A DNA stretch of 64,000 nt from Tubiluchus corallicola. Its lineage: Eukaryota; Animalia; Priapulida. This document shows positions 48,473 through 59,749 of the stretch, piece after piece. The stretch is from the NCBI GenBank assembly GCA_030141605.1, contig JAQGDQ010000521.1:91870-155869 (forward strand), written 5' to 3'. Numbering within the stretch: position 1 is the first letter of the stretch; each line of letters opens with the position of its first letter. Below the pieces are notes generated by a model. The model saw only the letters and a list, made by a program, of their open reading frames with translations, was not told the DNA's origin and searched no databases. The position numbers and the translations under genes were made by a program.

Positions 48473-51400
48473 CTATTTTCCTTGTTCCTTCAGCCACTTG
48501 GCCAGCTCATAGGGCTTCAGGGACTGATCAATACCAGGCTTGGGCATGTCTCTGAATGGACTCGTAGTGTAGCCGTTGAAATATAGGAACACACGTTTGC
48601 TAGCTTCAAAACCCATAAACATAAATCCAGCATAGGGTGCCACCTGTAGAAAAGGTAAAATAAAATTACGTTACAAAAAAAATCAATGTAAACTAAACAC
48701 TTGACACACAACTGATATACAAATGCAGTTATATCTGAGCTCAGATTAAAATACATAAATATTTACAATAATAAGCATTATGTGAGAAAAAAGCATTTTA
48801 CCTTGGCCAGGTTAGCTGTTGTTCCTCTCCAAAGTCCAATGATTCCGTTCTTCTTAACAGTTTGAATAAACGCATCAGTCATTCCGGTGAATTCCACATC
48901 AACTCCACCACCTCCAGCAATAGCTTTACTCTGGGCCTATATAGACGAACACAGAAATATATTAAAACATCAATATAAAATACAGATTAATAAAAATGAT
49001 AACGATTATTAAACCAGTAAAAACTAATCGATGACCGAAGTACAGTTAGTTATCCGAACATTTCCATAGGCAATGCACTACAACTGCAACTGAAGTAAAT
49101 TATGTGTTGTGATTATTATTGCAAAGTGTACACGTAGTTGATTTCCATCATGTTGATATCAAGTTTTAGCACAATGACTCTCTGATCATACTGCTTACAA
49201 TTTTTAACTGTGCAATTTGTTTGCCATCACTAATTTTGACAAAAGTTGAACAGTCAGTCAACAGTAAAAGCAATCAGCATATATAAAACTGCATTTTAAT
49301 AACTAACAAACATCCTAAGAATAAAATGAAATTAACTAATGACAATTTGCTCTTCGTAAATATCTGTTAAAGGTACTAACTAAAACTTATAAGTGACAAT
49401 AATTGTATTACAATAATAACAGGCACTATACATGGTTGAACTTGTAAATAAATTAAAAAAAAATTTTATTCTAGTCTTGTATAAAGTCGCTTATTATCAT
49501 TAGAAAAGCAAGTCACATTTATTGAGACGTCTTTGCGAAATGACTGAAAATTTTCCTTTATTAACCAACATGAGTTGCTAATCAAAATGCATACAGTCAA
49601 ACCTTGTCATAACACCCCATCCCCTTTATAATGCTAACCTCGCTGAACGCCCAGACTTTTGACAAAACAAAATGTCTATAGTTGCATAGACATGTATTAA
49701 AACGCCTTGGTATAATGCCAAACTTGCTTGACGTCAACTTTTTCAGCAATCCCAAATTATGCAGTATAAAGAGGCGTGACTATTCTTGTCATTTTTGTAG
49801 AATGAGCAAATTATACAGCTTACTTGTAGCTTCTTTCTGATGGTGTCGAATGGGAAAGAAAATGTTTGCGCAAATGAAGCACCAAGACATCCATTAATGA
49901 AGTTCTCCATTGGTGTCATTTCAGATTTTGGCTTGCCCCAGGCACGATCCAAAACCTCATAGGCCATAAACGTACCTCCAGCAAATGGGATTACACCTGT
50001 AATAAATTCAAAACATTATGACGTATTATATGTACAGTGAACAAACCAGTTTGCCATTTTCTAAGAAAATTTTTTTCACAGAAAGACTATTTTCCAGAAA
50101 AAAACTTCCCAGGAAATTTTTTCCAAAAATGCTTGTTTAACAGAAAAAACATTGCCTCAAAAGTTTTTTAACAGAAAAATCACGGTTACACTTCTAATTA
50201 CTAAATCAGCTATTTTAGAAGGATAAAGCCTTCGATTTCACACTTTCTGTTTACTTCTCTCTCTTTACTTTGATAATGATTCAAATAATCATTAAGAAGA
50301 GATATTCTAAAAATATGGACATAAATAGCATTTGAAAAGCTGTTATTACACCAAGACAAACAGCTGTGCATACATTATAGCTTGTTTGAACTGTTAGCAG
50401 ATTACTCCAAGCAACCTGTTGATAATGTGTGATGGAGCTAAGTTTGTACTCAAAGCTAAAATTGCCAGAAGAATAGAAATCACTAATTTTAATTTAACAA
50501 CACAGTGTGAGTAAAATAATATGTAACTGCAAGGATAGCAACCAAATTAAAATGTTTACATGTAAAAGTTTTTTTAGACTCAGAAAATCCTGTTGTAACT
50601 AAAAGGCTATTTTCTACAATTGAAAATTTAATATTAATATAGCTGCTAAGTTTTGAGATGTGGCAATACCCAGCCCCACGGACATGTGAAACAAAATTCT
50701 TATGCTATTTTGCATAATTCCACGACTGTTCTACAAGTGCATTATACATAGACCAAACTGTCTAAGCTCAGAGGCAAGATTATTTGGCAATCAATTCTAA
50801 CGATAGGATACAAGACTGTTTGCTGATCCAGTATCATCAGCACTCAGCAGCCATTTGACTCCGTATATAAGACCGTATCAAATTTCAACTTAAAAGCCAA
50901 GGTCAAGCATAAGACAAAAACTTCCCACTAGAATTACTCAAGTTTAGTTGCTGCAATGCAATCCTGGAAATGCAACTATTGCAAACTCATGGACCAACAT
51001 ACGGAGATCTTCATTTTTATGAAAATAGTGGGTAAGGGTGTACAATGAATGCCGGAGTTTGAAGATTCGAATCAAATTTGATTCAAATGAATTTTTTGGT
51101 TTGAATTCGATTCGAACCTACAATTATAGATTCGAATAATTCAGCACTTCAACCACATACGTTCTTTATCATTAAAACACGTGGAACATCTTACAACTAG
51201 CACAATTTAGCTCTCATTTCTGTTCACAATTTTTAAACAAATTATTAGTGGTTTTACTGCGGAACAATATGCATGATTTTTACAAAACCAGTTTTTACAG
51301 TTGGTTCGAAAACTTTTCAATCTCCATTCGAATTCGAAAGTCACAAATTTGATTCAAATTCGCTTCTGGTAGAGAATGCTCACCCCTAATAGTGGGTTAG

Positions 51401-52068
51401 TCAGATTTACATTGAGTGCAGATTGGTAACATTACAATGTATCATACTTTCACTTGATTGAGGTGAAAGGGAAATACACACACACTGTAACAGTCTTACA
51501 GTGCAAGATTAAAATGTAATTTTGCAAAATATCAGCAACAGTTCATACCAATAATCGAGGTGGACATCCCCTTATAGAAAGCCAAAATTCCTTCTTCTTT
51601 GAAGATAACACGAAACGCGTCGAGGATACCCTTATACTTTGCTTTGTCAGGATGCGCATGTTGTGCCGTCAACCTCGTCTTCACCATGTCTGTCGGGTAC
51701 GTGCAACAAGTTGCAACAATACCACCTCCTGATCCTGCTATCATAGCATTCAGGGCGCTCAATCTACCATTTTCATCAACCAACCACAATTTAAATTGGT
51801 TAAAAGCAGCAAACTGCAATGCTGAGTAAGGAAAGAGCCTGATACATGCAATTCCATTTCCCTTCCAAAACGCTCTGATGCCTTCGTTGCCGTATACATT
51901 AGAAAAGGTCTTCAAAAATCCTGCTTTCGTGTCCTTCGTTCCCACTTGCGCAAGAATTTTAACGACGTCAAGTGGTGAAGTAATTGTTCGGCTAGTTACT
52001 CCAGCAATACCTCCGGAAACAAAATTCTGCGCAAAGGTCATACGATCATCTTTCTGTCCTTTACCCAT
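48473..52068 (-). CDS. SLC25A43: Mitochondrial carrier SLC25A43, 332 aa
   Basis: Exons 52068-51549, 49996-49824, 48936-48802, 48643-48473 (999 nt, GT-AG, phases consistent). Carrier motifs PLDVVK, PTDMVKTR, PFDTIRKK. Subfamily-diagnostic ILAQVG, WKGNGIACIRLFPYSA, GGGVDVEF, and C-terminal LYFNGYTTSP...PGIDQSLKP.EL as in vertebrate SLC25A43. An acceptor at 52076/52075 implies an upstream UTR exon (candidate donor at 52187). Confidence 0.93.
49593..49770 (+). mobile_element. Degenerate Tigger/pogo-like MITE remnant
   Basis: TA|CAGTCAAACCT terminus; internal TATAATGCTAACCTCGCT and TATAATGCCAAACTTGCTT, related to 24915-25090. Confidence 0.5.
51033..51388. mobile_element. hAT-type MITE with TTCGAA-rich subtermini
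   Basis: 8-bp TSD ATAGTGGG at 51025-51032 and 51389-51396; termini TAAGGGTG...CACCCCTA; clustered ATTCGAA motifs at both ends. Confidence 0.85.
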
Positions 52069-52509
52069 AGCTGTCTAGAAAATGGAGATGTGCAGAAAGA
52101 AAATGCTTATTTCTAACTCTAAATTGCAAAAATGGCTCGTTTCCACCGGCCCCAATGGCGACGCAAAGGACGAAAATGTCAATTTACCGTCATAAATAAT
52201 CCGCGTTCTAACTCTCGGAAAATAGGCCACGCAAGTTTTAACGATGAACAGCAATTACTAAACTAAGTTTTGCAAATATTCGAAAAACGATATAAAAGCG
52301 ATGCCACCTTGTAGTTCAAGAGATTGTAAGTATAAAACAAATGAACTAAGTAAAATTTATCAAAAAATAGTCCGTCAGTGCGCATTAATACTAAATTGTT
52401 AGAAACCACGTGTTTTATGACAAGCAAAAAACACTATGTTGCAAAACAAAAATGACAATTTTGAACTTCATTTGATTTGCTTTGGCATTGCCTTATATGG
52501 GGCATACAT

Positions 52510-52620
52510 TAGGGATAGATTTGAGTATCGAACATTCGAGTTCGAACGTTTGAATCAAATTCGATCAAAGGAGTTTTCTAGCTCGAATTCGAGTCCAACC
52601 TAAAATTATGAATACTCCAA
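52510..52620 (+). mobile_element. Partial relative of the TTCGAA-rich hAT MITE
   Basis: TAGGGAT start followed by TCGAACATTCGAGTTCGAAC...TTGAATCAAATTCGAT...TCGAATTCGAGTCCAACCTA, similar to 51060-51125. Confidence 0.5.
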
Positions 52621-53989
52621 GTCAATTTTTACGACAGGCACATAAAAACATTAAAGGAAGACTGGGCGATTGTTTAGACTCAATCTCATTTTATTTCTGT
52701 CCAAAATTTACATTTTCTGGCCTATAAAAGTTAACAATTGTTCCTTATATTTCAATAATTAGCTTAGAAAGTTAATTAGCAACAACCCAACACAGCTATT
52801 GCTTATGTCAGAAACTAACCACTGTATGTGCAATGGCAGCCAATCTTAGTAGATTCACTGAACCACACATAGCTTTGAAAGTTTCACAAAATTTGAGTAT
52901 CTGAGGTAATTATTATTTAATCTAAGCTTTGATTTAAAATAAGCTATTGTAGCTTTCAATATTTTAGAGCATAGTTTATTCTGAACTCGTGTTTACACAA
53001 TCATCTGGTTTTCCTTTAAAATTTTTTAGTTAAAAACAACACAACTTTACTAAAATTTTTGCTGTCATTATCAGTGGTAAATTTACAAACATACAACCAG
53101 TTTATATAGACAGAGACTATTATGCACCAATTAAGTAGTTAACAGAAGCCAAAAAGATAATGAATAAGCAGATCATGCAAAGAAATTTATATAGTAACTT
53201 AAGCACTAATTATGTATTTACAAAGACCAAATAGGTAATGACTAAACAAATCTGAAGAAAAGAAACTGATACAGTAACAAATAGCTAAGTGTTTGAAAAT
53301 AAAATTAAAGGAATTGAACTGCTTTGCACATTAAGAGAAGGCTTATTAGGGTACATAGATAAACTTTGTTTTACTAATAAGCTCCAACTATTTGTAGCTC
53401 TGGTCAAATTCTGAAATTATTAGAATCAGCTTTGTGGCCAAAGGCACAAATATCATCATTAATACTGGACTGAGGAGAATTTTTAATGTTTTGCCAGTTC
53501 TAGACGAAATACCCAGATGTTCACAAATTACTACTTTACTTTAACTTTACTTTAAAGTGTCTGGTTCTTTGCCATAGTGAGCTGCATTGCAAGTGCTGTG
53601 CTGAAGTCTATAAATAATACCAGCCTGTAAGAATATATAATTCTGAAGACTGTAATTCCAATTTTTCCACACTTCCCTCTTCTCAAGTTTGTTATCACAT
53701 TAAGATTATAATAATCCTTTGAGCTAATTGTGATTAATTATTTTCATAAAAAACAGTTATGTAGTAAGTCACAGTGAGCTTGGTTTACTGGTTGCGATCT
53801 GTCAATACAGCCCTTTGATAAATCGGCCATGTTATATCACAGCCAGTATATATGTCACTCAAAGTCATTATCATCGTCTTGGGTGCTTCCATCATGCAAC
53901 CTAGCACCACTCATAATTTGATGAAATGTTCCCCGATCTGCTTCCAGATGCCTAGGATTCACATTGTTTTAGTCAAGTGGAGTATTCAA

Positions 53990-54200
53990 GAAATCTTTCT
54001 ACAGAATATCCAAGCATGACACGTGGGCATAATATTAAATTGTTCAAGCATAGGGTCAATACTGAAAGGTATTGGCATCGTTTTTCACTAGCCAAAGTGA
54101 TACTGTGGAACTTGTTACCGAATCATTAGGGAGCGCAAATAATGTAAATTGTTTTAAACATCAAGTTGATACAGAACTCTGTGCGAGAAACCTCCTATTT
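53990..54200 (+). mobile_element. CR1/L2-clade LINE ORF2 3' remnant
   Basis: From 54016 reads MTRGHNIKLFKHRVNTERYWHRFSLAKVILWNLLP, then after a frameshift SANNVNCFKHQVD; this is the TRGH..KL...WN.LP...FK..D C-terminal signature of CR1/L2 ORF2. Confidence 0.75.
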
Positions 54201-54453
54201 CAATACCAATTTGGTATATTAGGAGGAGAGTAAACCATCAACGAATAACTGGACGAGGATGTTTTTTGGCTAGTTACTCAATGGATGAGAGATTGATGCA
54301 AGAGACAGAAATCAAGGTTTACTCACCACGAAGGTGAGTTGTGATTTTCACTACGTGATCAGCTGTCCTCCTTTTTTGTTTCCTCCCAGGTATTAGTGCT
54401 TGATGTAATAATGTAAGTGGCGAATCCTGTTGTAATCTAATAACATGTCTGCT

Positions 54454-54573
54454 TGTAGTATCGTCACTGTTTAATGTCACATGACCATTACGTCATCTAG
54501 TTAGTAAAAGCATGTCAGCAGGCAACCAAGTGTTCAGAGTTTTATCTCATATCTACTTAGCTTAGATATTATA
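54454..54573 (+). repeat. 5' LTR (120 bp)
   Basis: TGTAGTATC...GATATTATA; contains GTCACATGAC, TTACGTCA and AGTAAA. Confidence 0.95.
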
Positions 54574-55121
54574 ATTGGCGACGAGAACAAAACTGGACAA
54601 GCTAGAATGCCTATCTACATGAAGAACTAAAGCTTGTCGTGGCATTAGTCTGGATGTCTGAAACCACATTTTCACCGGACAATTTTGTGTACAAAGATTG
54701 ACTTTTTCGCTAGCAAATTTTCACCGTGAATCATGCACGCTGAACAGTGAGCTCGCAGTTGACTTCGACGTGACATTGGTGTTGCACATTGTTAAGCCTA
54801 GTGTTAGTACTGTACATGTAGTCTGTGCTGCTGCCTAGCGGTCACAATTTTTTCTCGATGATCAGGGTAATATGTTTTTAAATGCAATGGCAACGAATTT
54901 GACCCCGTTTCCCTATTTTGACATTGAAGGTGATAAGTGCTCGCAAGGACCATGATGGGGAAAATACATACAAAGGTTTGAGAATTATTTAACGGCAATG
55001 AACATTACAGATGACAACAGGAAGAAAGCGCTGTTACTTCATTTCGAGGGTGAAGTAGTACACAACGTTTTTCAGACTCCAGTGAACCCAGATGAAGCTG
55101 TGACATTCTCAGCTGCAAAAG

Positions 55122-55492
55122 TGTTGTGGAGATCGCTGGCATCTATTAGAATTACATACAACATTGTAGAATGTTCCGTTGGAATGATCGTCTTACCGTG
55201 TGGAATGTTCTGGAACATTACTTCTGGAAGCTTCTTGGACGTGCTATATAAGGCAAAGCAGGCCGCTGACACGGGAGCACACAGAGCACACGGACGCCAC
55301 CTACACATTCTCTTGTAGTACTTACATTTTCAGATACACTTAAACGTTTTCCAGATTTTCACGTTTACTGTAATCATTACGCGTTCCTTCATATTTTTGT
55401 GTTGTAGAATTCTCGCTTAATAAACTAGTTTAATTTGACGGCATGTTTCCTGGTTTTCTCTGCGAGCCTTCCGAGAGAAACAAAACACAATA
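55122..55492 (+). mobile_element. Solo LTR (371 bp) of a second LTR family nested in gag
   Basis: TGTTGTG...CACAATA termini; perfect 5-bp TSD AAAAG (55117-55121, 55493-55497); TATATAA 55245-55251; AATAAA 55419-55424. Removing it restores gag in frame (..FSAAKEKPKTHFDPVRNTDAEIFHFR). Confidence 0.9.
55202..55235. promoter_or_regulatory. Heat-shock element array (inverted nGAAn units)
   Basis: GAAtgTTCtgGAA (55203-55215) and TTCtgGAAgcTTC (55222-55234) are two perfect three-unit HSEs ending 10 bp upstream of the TATA box; an extra GAAtgTTC lies at 55169-55176. Confidence 0.75.
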
Positions 55493-58400
55493 AAAAGAAA
55501 AACCTAAGACACATTTTGATCCGGTAAGAAACACTGATGCAGAAATTTTTCATTTTAGAAACAAAGCTCTGGTGAAACATTAGACAATTTTGCCGCACAT
55601 TTAAGAATGATGGCTAAACATTGTGGTTTCACTGATACGGACAAAGAAATAAAAGCGCAAATTGTGCAAGGCTGTACATCTAGCAGAGTGCTTCGTTGAG
55701 CGCTTCGTGAGTCGAATTTAACACTGAAAGACATTTTAGACTATGCCAGAGCTTTGGAATCATCAGAAAAACAAGTTAAGGACATGGAAACTGTGAATGT
55801 GAGTACAGTTAAAACTCATACTGGACAGAAACATAAGCGTAAATGCTAAACAGCACCGTAGCAAGAGACAATGCAGAAACTGTGGTGGTGGATTACCACA
55901 TGTTAATGGACCTGAATCGTGCCCAGCTGCAGGTCAAACGTTAGTGTAACTGCCAAAATCACTTTGCCAGATGCTGTCCTTCTGCACCAAGTTACAAAAA
56001 TAATTCTCGAAATAAAGTGCACTCAGTTGATGATTCTACTGCGTCACATAGTCGTCAGACAGCAGTTGGTAATAAAACTGTTTTATCGTCTGATAGCGAG
56101 TTAAACGATAGCGTGCCTAGATTACTAGTCACGGGAAATACAAGTATTTCAATTGATGTTTCAAAACCAAAGATTAATGTGGAGAAAATTCTGAGAGTAA
56201 TATGCTGACAGGTATCAAGGCATGGGAAAGCTGAAGCTTAAAGGAGCATTACATGTTGATCCAACAGTAAAGCCAGTTGCTGTACCACACAGACGGGATC
56301 AGTTCCATTCACGTAAAAAGATAGCAAAAGAGTTACAGCATCTCAAAGATGAAGATATCATAGAAAAAGCAGAAGGCCCAACCCCATGGGTTTCACCAAT
56401 GATTGCAGTTCCTAAGAAAGAGAAGCCAGACACTCTTCGTATTTGTGTTGACATGTGGTAGCCAAATAAAGCCTTTCAATGAGAACGTCATATCACTCCA
56501 ACTATTGATGAAATCGTACGTGCTCTAAATGATCTACTCTAAAATAGACATGTCTTCTGGTTGCAATCAGATAGAGCTAGCTGAAGAGAGTCGGTATTTG
56601 GCAACATTTTCAACACACAAATGTTTACGACGTTTCAAAAGACTGAATTTTGGAACAAGTTCATCGGCAGAAATAAGCCATACGTGAAGTGCTAGCCGGT
56701 ATTCTTGGTGTTTTATAATGTGAGCCATGACATGTGTATCTATGGAAAAACACAAGAGGAACATGACACTGCTTTACGAGCTGTTCTTCAGCGCCTACGA
56801 AAAAAGAACGTCACGCTAAACGATAAGTGCGAATTTAGCAAACCAAGCATTCAGTTCTTTGGGTACACGTTTTCAAAAGATGGAGTGTCTCCAGATTCGA
56901 AGAAAGTGGAAGCTGTCCATGATGCATCTCCACCGAATAATGTAAGGGAAGTGAGAAGTCTGTTAGCCTTGGCAAATTATTGTGCGCATTTCATCCCTGA
57001 TTTCGCAACCATCACACAGCCTCTCTGTGATCTTACAAAGAAAGATGCTGAATATCTTGGAAAACCGAGCATCAACAGGCACTAGATACACTCAAGCAAA
57101 GGCTTACTAGTGATGGTGTCATGTCATGTTTTGATTCTTAGAAGAACACAGAAATCTTTGTTGATGCTAGTCCAGTAGGTTAGCTGCCGTACTTACTTAA
57201 TGATCTCAAGATGACCCTAACACCGTAGATATTGTTGCATATGCAAGCAGAGCCCTCACCGACACAGAAACTCGGTATTCTCAAACAGAAAAAGAAGGTC
57301 TTGCCATTGAATGGGCCTGTGAACATTTTCACATTTACATCTATGGAAGCAAATTCCGTTTAATTACAGACCACAAAGCCCTTGAGTACATATTCAAAAA
57401 CCCCAGATCAAGACCTCCTGCAAGAATGGAAAGGTGGGCTCTTAGGCTTCAGCCTTATAACCTTGAAGTTGTACACAAACCTGGAAACTACAATCCTGCT
57501 GACTACGAGTCGTCATCCATCTAAAGAGCCTTCTAAGAAATCAGACTCTCATGCAAGTAGAATTGCAGAGCAGTATATGAACTTTATTGCCCAACATGCT
57601 GTTCCTAAAGCCATGACTTTGACAGAGATTCAAGAATCATCCAAGATGGACACAACTTTGACAGCTGTGATGAATGCTGTTGTTAATGGAACATCGCACA
57701 ACATACCACAGAATGCTTGTACTTCTGATTTCAAGTCTTTTGAGAAAATCAAAGATCACCTTAAGAGGCTCTAGAATAATCGTCCCAAAAACTCCTCGGG
57801 AATGAGCTGTTTCTTTAGCACATGAAGGTCATTTAGGAGTGACCAAGACGAAACAACTGTTTGTGCAAGAAAACTTGGTTTTCTGGTATAGACAAGATGG
57901 TTGCTGAGATGATTGAACACTGTGCTGCCTGTCAATCTAATACAAACTCATCTCATCCTGAACCATTACAGATGTCAGAGTTACCAGCTAATGTTTGGTC
58001 AGAAATTAGTGCTGATTTTCATGGTCCTTTACCATCCAGTGTCTATCTTTTAGTTATCATCGATGAATATAGCCGTTTTCCAATTGTGGAAATTGTGAAA
58101 TCTGCATCTGTACACCCCATTATTCCTGTGAGACAAGACAGATAAGGGACCAACATTTCAAAGTGAGCAATTTTTTGAATTTTGCTAATCATTCTGGATT
58201 CATACATCGAAAAATCAGGCCCTATTGGTCCAAAGCCAATGCTGCAGCTGAGGGATTCATGAGGAACATAGAAAAACTACTCGGACATGCACACATTAAG
58301 AATCTGGCTTGGAAACAAGAACTATTTACTTTTCTGAGAAACTATCGAGCTGCTTCTCATTGCACAACAGGAGTTCCTCCAACCAAATTATATTTCAGCA

Positions 58401-59461
58401 GAGACATCAAGATTAAATTTTCCAGTATATCCTCTGCTCATCAACAGAACCCTGATGTTACTATAAAGGACCAAATCTCTAAGCAGAAGATGAAACTTTA
58501 TGCTCAACCTTCAAAATTGCAAGTAGGATCCAAAGTTCTTGTAAAACAGCGAAAGTACAACCAGTTAACATCTCTGCACTACAACAAACCATATGTAGTT
58601 GTAAAGATAAAGGGATCCATGGTTACTGCTACTAAAAATAGCCATACTACCACAAGAAATTCTTCATTCTTCAAGCCTCCCAAAATACACACATTCCAAA
58701 GCTGACTTCTCAAGAAGAAGATGATGATGAGTATTTTGACAACAAGCTTAATCCGCTTTACAACTGTAGACACTACCCTCAGCGAAATCGATGTACACCA
58801 GCATATTTGCAGAAATTTGTTCATTGAAATTTTAATTTGTACATTACATTGATTACTAAAGTTATAGTGTATGTATTTACAATTACTTACCATTAGTTAA
58901 ATTTAGAATGCATTGTCCAGTTTGAACATTGCCAGCATTGACCAGATGTTAAGTATCATTTTGAGATTATTTCTAATTCTTAGTGTTTTGGAAGATGAAA
59001 ACATTAAGCTGAAAACACGGTGCATTTATATTAGTTTGAACTATTTTGCATATTTGTATGTTAAGCTGTCTTTGGTGAGCATTAAAAAAACATTATAAAT
59101 TCCTCTTCATAATCTTAAAGATAGAAATGGCATTTGTAATAGCATTATACGTTTTAGGCATTTTTACAATGTTTTCCAGTTAACAAGTTTGTATTGTAAG
59201 CTTGACGTTTTAGTCTTCATTGTTACTTGACGTTTAAAATTGATAAGTTATTCTTGTCTCTTTAGCACTTTTGGTTAATACATAGCATGTAGCTAATTAT
59301 CTTCCAGAAAGTATATATTTCAGTAAATGCTTGTTTGAAGAGTGAAGCAGTTCAGATTGTTTACAAATTCCTTATGAAGCAGTGTGCATTTTGAATCTGT
59401 GTAAGATGAACAGTTCCTTTAATATAGTGATGGAAAGTTTTCATCTAAGGTAGAAACAAAA

Positions 59462-59581
59462 TGTAGTATCGTCACTGTTTAATGTCACATGACCATTACG
59501 TCATCTAGTTAGTAAAAGCATGTCAGCAAGCAACCAAGTGTTCAGAGTTTTATCTCGTATCTACTTAGCTTAGATATTATA
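59462..59581 (+). repeat. 3' LTR (120 bp)
   Basis: Direct repeat of 54454-54573 with two transitions. Confidence 0.95.
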
Positions 59582-59749
59582 CCGCTCAACATGGCAGTTG
59601 AGAGAACATTGTGGTTTCACAGGATTCACAGAAGCTGGTATTGGAAAATAAATGCAGTAAAATTAACTAAAGGTTGGCAAAATACGATGCGTCGTACCAA
59701 TAAAGAAATCCCGAGCATGTACAAAATGTGTCGCGGGAAGGGGCGTATC

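Larger units (their letters stand above)
54887..58705 (+). pseudogene. Disrupted gag-pol of the Gypsy element
   Basis: Gag MATNLTPFPYFD..GP*WGKYIQRFENYL..RKKALLLH; zinc knuckles CRNCGGGLPH..CPA and ..HFARCC; RT PTPWVSPMIAVPK..LRICVDM, KIDMSSG, RLNFG, catalytic NVSDD changed to NVSHD; RNase H VDASPVG, AYASRAL, TDHKAL; integrase AHEGHLG..CAAC, DFHGP, DEYSRFP. Many stops, frameshifts and deletions; protease largely missing. Confidence 0.92.
54454..59581 (+). mobile_element. Full-length, coding-dead Ty3/Gypsy (Mag-like) LTR retrotransposon
   Basis: 120-bp LTRs at 54454-54573 and 59462-59581 (2 mismatches). TSD CTGCT (54449-54453) / CCGCT (59582-59586). PBS TGGCGACGAG at 54576-54585 (complementary to a tRNA-Ser(GCU)-type 3' end). 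Purine-rich tract before the 3' LTR. Domain order gag-RT-RNaseH-IN. Confidence 0.95.

Noticed and set aside
54998-55318. 106-aa ORF as an independent gene
   Set aside because: Chimera of gag sequence reading into the nested solo LTR.
58706-59461. Possible env-like ORF between integrase and the 3' LTR
   Set aside because: AT-rich with only a short hydrophobic ORF (58913-59098); no env features.
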